From the NCBI RefSeq assembly GCF_009914755.1, contig NC_060934.1: 64,000 nt of DNA; one strand, 5' to 3'. Origin of the DNA: the human T2T-CHM13v2.0 reference genome, Homo sapiens. Position 1 is the stretch's first letter. Each line of letters starts with the position of its first letter. Of the stretch, positions 57,690 through 64,000 are shown one piece after another. Below the pieces are notes generated by a model. The model was given only the letters and a program-made list of their open reading frames with translations, ran no database searches and was not told the origin of the DNA. A program made the translations under genes and the position numbers.

Positions 57690-57930
57690 TGTATGGCGAA
57701 GCAGCGTAAGGCAGGGACAAGAGCACAGACTCTGGAGCCAAACCATCCTGGTCCAAATCCTGGCTCCACCACTTCCAAGCTGTGTGATCTTGGGCAAGTG
57801 GCTTAACCTCTCTGTGCCCAGTATTCTTAGCTATAACATCGGGCTCTAAGGATTGAATGAGTTTAAATATGTAAAGCACTTAAAAGAGCAGTACTAGACA
57901 CACAGAAAGTGTTCCTAATAATTAGGTTGC
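57690..57930 (+). mobile_element. MIR
   Basis: caaatcctggctccaccactt...gtgatcttgggcaagtggcttaacctctctgtgcc core. Confidence 0.75.
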
Positions 57931-58256
57931 TGCTGTCGTAGCAGAAAGAGAGCTATGTAAATGCTGGGTGTCAGTATTCTTGTGGAAAGAGCACTGGACT
58001 TCAAGGTGGGAGACTTGCAGAGGGCAGAAGGCAAGCCTCTCTGTTTCTTATCTGGAAAATGGAAAACATGATTTTACCTGCCTGGTATAGCTCACGGGGA
58101 TTTTATAAGAATCAAATGGATGTCAAAGAGCTTTGAAAAGTGCAATGTGCCATTCATACAGATAGTTTTGTTGCTTTTAACTCCATCCAGATATGTTTGT
58201 GTTGGGGAGAACTAGTATCATTCTTGCAGATTAGCTTTCTATTAGAAAAAGAAGTG

Positions 58257-59759
<1,503 letters not shown>

Positions 59760-59999
59760 CTATGGGGATGATTGTCTTCTTGGATGCACAGATGAAGAGG
59801 CTGAGACCCCTCAGGGCAGGGCAGGGGCACTCGTTAAGGGAATGGCTCAGCCTGCAGGGAGGTCAAGCCAACCCCAGGTCAGCAGCCCCCTCTCGTGTGA
59901 GGAACCATCCCCAGCTCTTTCTGCCTCCTTCAACACTGCCCCGTGGAAGGGATCAAACAGAGACGCCCTGTCCTGGCTCTGGGATCAGAGATAATCGGT

Positions 60000-60180
60000 T
60001 ATGTCTAGATTCCACTGCTGTGTGGTCTTGGCCCAGTTACTAAACCTCTCAGAGCCTCAGCTCTAAAACAGGAACACAAATATCCATCTTTCCCTTAAGA
60101 CAGTTGTGCAAATTCAATGACATAGTTCATGGAAAGATACTGGCCCAGTGCCTGGCATTAGTAAGTGCTCAATAACAGGA
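60000..60180 (+). mobile_element. MIR
   Basis: gttactaaacctctcagagcctcag...cagtgcctggca...agtaagtgctcaataa. Confidence 0.65.
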
Positions 60181-60744
60181 GCATTTATTGCTGTTGTTCT
60201 CTTTCCCCCACATTCTATCCTTCAGCTAAAATGAAGGAAAATTTTTGCATTGTAGTGTTCATGTTGGCACTAGACTGTATGGGTACCTGAGAGATGAAGC
60301 ATCTTTTATGTTTTACCTTTGGACACAATGGGATGAACACAGATAGCCAACCACTCAGGGAAATGCACCAGGTAGGGGAACCTTAGCCAAAGCTAGCTTG
60401 CTCTTCGGGCTGGTGTCTGAAGGTCAAGGACTACAGCCCATCCAACAAGTCTGACGGTCTCAAGAAGTCCCCAGGTGCAGACTAGGCAGATGATTTGCTT
60501 TCACATGTCCTGCAGAAACGTCAAGATTAATTTACAAAATCCATAGGCTAGAGGTTGGTAGAGTTTGATGAGTGGGGACCCTCCCTTCCTGGGGGACCTT
60601 GGGGGCTGTCTGCTTCACCTCCAGGCAGGAGCCATACCTACTATCTTCCTGGGGTGCCCTCTGTGTGCACACCCCTGCAGCCATGGGACTGGGGTCTGTC
60701 TCCCTAGACTGTGAGCAACGTGAGAGGAGGAATGGAGCCTTATT

Positions 60745-61025
60745 TTTTTTTTCTCCTCCCTTTCCTTCCTTCCTCCCTCCCTCCCTTCCTTCCCTCCTTG
60801 CTTCCTCCCTCCCTCCCTCCCTCCCTTCTTTCCCTCCTACCCTCTCTCCTTCCCTCTCTCCCTCTTCCTTTCTTTTCCTTTCCCCTATTTGTTTCTGTTT
60901 CTGTTTTGTAGAGATGGGTTTCTCCATGTTGCCCAGGCTGGTCTCGAACTCCTGGGCTCAAGCAGTCTTCCCACCTCGCCTTCCCAAAGTGCTGGGATTG
61001 CAGGCATGAGCCACCGCACCCGGCT
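60745..61025. repeat. (CCCT/CCTT)n tract adjoining an antisense Alu monomer (~60905-61025)
   Basis: Direct inspection. Confidence 0.85.
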
Positions 61026-61202
61026 GGGGAGGCAGTTTCTAATTCACACAATGGCATTGTCTGCTCCCAGGCCATGCATTTGGCCCAGAAGAGTGCCACC
61101 TTCTGATTTTCACAAAGGTGCCCATGGGCTAGGGAATGTCTGTCGTACAGATTTGCACCATCTGCTAGATTTAAGCAAGGTAGAAAGAAATGAGCTCTTG
61201 TG

Positions 61203-61440
61203 CTGTCTTCAAATGTGTGTTCCATGTAACGCGAGTTCTATAAGATGTTAAACTGTGGTACATAAACAAAGAGTCCTGTGGTCAAGAAATTCTGGCAAAC
61301 TCTGAGTTAAAATTCAGTAAGTTATTCTGCTGTAGAACTCAGAATTTTTACTATGCTAATGTGCATTGTGAATTTCTAAAGGAGGCCTATATTATGTAGC
61401 ACTTGTCAAAGGTGTTTGACCAGGGAGTACTTTGTTTTCC
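61203..61440 (+). mobile_element. MER103C-like hAT DNA transposon fossil
   Basis: gtgtgttccatg...tgtggtcaa...tatgctaatgtgcattgtgaat...tttgacca. Confidence 0.65.
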
Positions 61441-62805
61441 TCCAAGCTGATCTGGTGCAGCTCATCTGGATGAGAGGTGGACCGGGGAATGCACTCTCAG
61501 TTGCTAGTGACAGAAATTCAGCTTGTACCCACCTGCTAAGGTGAAAAGGGCAATGCATGCGGCCTCATCATAGAGCTCCCAGATGGCTAGGGCAGAATGA
61601 GGCCTTGGCCCCAGCAGGGCTGCTCCCTCTGCCTGGCATCTCGGCTTTTCTCTGCCTGCGAGCTCTGCCATCTCTTTCTGTGGCGGTTTCGTCCACCACA
61701 GCTGGAAACAAGGCTGCAGGTGACTTCCCGACTCACCTTCTATAGAACCCCCCACCAGAACTGCCCTGGTTCTTCAGGGAATCCCGTAGAAGGTCCTGGC
61801 TTGACCGGAGTCTCATGTACACTCCAGTGGGCAGGGACATGGGGCACTATGACTGGCATTTTCCATGAGAACCTCAGGGATGGAGGGTATGGGTGGAACT
61901 GTTCTTGAAAGAAGGCAGACCCCATCCCAGAACAAGGGGTGCATGTTGTTTGGGGTGGGGGCACAGGGTCGCCGCTGGGGAAACAAAATGAAAGACAACC
62001 ACTGCTTTGGGAAATACAGCTTGGAGCTTACAAAAGCCCTTTCCCTTCTTCTGATTTTTATATTATACTAAAATAGCATCATTTAAATGAGGTTCTGTTT
62101 TTTTTTTTTAATTTTAAATCTCATCTCTGTCCTGTGATTTAAAGTTTTGACTGAGCCTTATATTTTTGCATCCTGGTTTTAAAAATCAACTAGTCTGTAG
62201 GAATATGGTTTATAAAAACAACAACAACAAATCAACTAACCGGTGGACAAGCTTATCCTGGAGTGAAAGAAAAGGTGACCAACTCTCAGAGTGGTTAGGA
62301 TCCCAAGTGGTTGGGTCCAGATTTCTAAGCGTTCATGGTTTTCTTCTTCCGGTTAGTTTTTTTCCCTAGGTTTCCAGCTGAATTCTGGTATGTGAAGCCA
62401 TCGGTGGTGGCGGGAGGAAAATGTGTTTTCATCTCAGGAGTGCCACAAACAAATTGGACACTTTCAAGTCTTAGTTTAAATGCTCCACTTCTCCTAGGGA
62501 GCAAGTGACCCCAAAGTGTGGTAGGTGTCCCCAGTTTTGGTTTTTCTACTAAAGCATTCAGTTGGAACTGCTTGTTTGACTTTGTTTCTTCCCCACTGGA
62601 TGAGAGCAGCAGCCACCTTTGCTTCGCTGCCATATATCCTCAAGGCCTAGCTCAGTGCCGCACATAGTAGGTGTTTCGTTGGACGGCAGAGCAAGTGAAC
62701 AACCTTACCTTGAATGCTGTGGTGGGTGCCCTGTTGATAAATGTTTTTGTGTTTTCAGAGACTCCTATCTGATTTCCTTTCCAATTTCTTTTTCTCCTGG
62801 CTCAG

Positions 62806-62918
62806 AGGACTTTATCAGCTCAGACTCCAAGGTCCGCGCAGCCACCCGGGAACAGTCAGAATATAAAAAGGAAGCAGCAGGACACGCCCGGAAGCCCTGA
62901 CCACAGAGACGCGTCCAG
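62806..62918 (+). CDS. TACC2: TACC2 coding exon, 113 nt (RTLSAQTPRSAQPPGNSQNIKRKQQDTPGSPDHRDAS + AG), phase 0 to 2
   Basis: Pyrimidine tract + CTCAG acceptor (AG 62804-62805); donor CAG|GTAGGA at 62919; continues MGNENSTSDNQ in frame and matches the recalled TACC2 sequence. Confidence 0.95.
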
Positions 62919-63305
62919 GTAGGAGGCCAGCTCTGGAGGACTGATGCAGCCCAAGGACTGCCCCGCTCATTGCCTGCTCCAGCATTAGCTTTGCCCCATT
63001 TGCTTTGGAAACTGGACCCTTAGACACATGGTATCGTCCTCAGTGGTGAGATGTTCCAAGCAGTGGTTCACAGACCTCTCTGTGACTGGCTAGGCCTGCA
63101 TGATTGAAAAATTCATCCTGATTGCCTGCCCAAAGATGAAATTAGTAATTATAGACTTCCATTCCAGCCACACTCCAGAGTATCTTCATTGTCAGAACTT
63201 AAAATGGAAAACATCAAGGGTTCCCAGGGGTTTATCAGTGTCTAATCCGTGGCTAAGTGGAGTCTGTAACTCAGTGTGGTGGCCATTGCGGGCACTGGAC
63301 CATGA

Positions 63306-63717
<412 letters not shown>

Positions 63718-64000
63718 TGGTCACTGGCTCTTGTTATGAGCCACAGCCAGGCCCTAGGGCTCCCTGCCGGGGCTCTCTCCTGGGCCTCTCCCCATGTTGG
63801 CCCCACACTCATAGTTTTAGGGGATACAAGCAGTAGTCCAGCAGACTCGAGCACCTGGTGTCCAGCATGGACACAGGCCAGGCACGCTGGGGGCACTTAA
63901 TAACTGCTCGTGGGTTCAACTCGCAAACAGGCCATGGATTTGGTCAGAAAAACCCTGCAAAATTGGAGCCCAGCTCTCAGGAGTGTATCATGACAGGCCT

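Noticed and set aside
60532-61225. Lys/Glu/Arg/Gly-rich ORFs
   Set aside because: Derived from a microsatellite and an Alu monomer
62619-62900. 93-aa ORF overlapping the TACC2 exon
   Set aside because: Different frame from the spliced TACC2 reading frame

Overview
Human (primate) genomic DNA: the 5' part of TACC2 (transforming acidic coiled-coil protein 2, long isoform) on the + strand. I identified the gene from two spliced coding exons, 34358-34390 (MGNENSTSDNQ) and 62806-62918 (RTLSAQTPRSAQPPGNSQNIKRKQQDTPGSPDHRDAS-), which join in frame and match the TACC2 N-terminus as I recall it. The rest is intron/promoter sequence rich in repeats: roughly 60 Alus by my count, L1/L2/MIR fragments, MaLR and ERV1 solo LTRs, hAT fossils and simple repeats. 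Nearly all ORFs in the supplied track come from repeats and are not genes. Main points of interest: (1) a frame-preserving 60-nt cassette exon at 45471-45530 with RBFOX/QKI motifs downstream; (2) a candidate first exon starting in an ERV1 (MER50-like) solo LTR that lacks its poly(A) signal and uses a donor just outside the LTR; (3) further candidate alternative promoters; (4) an N-myristoylation-type start; (5) retrotransposition oddities (two candidate L1 micro-transductions, a tailless Alu, an inverted Alu-in-Alu). I see no wholly new biological system. Repeat family names come from remembered consensus sequences, and repeat boundaries are approximate unless TSDs are quoted.
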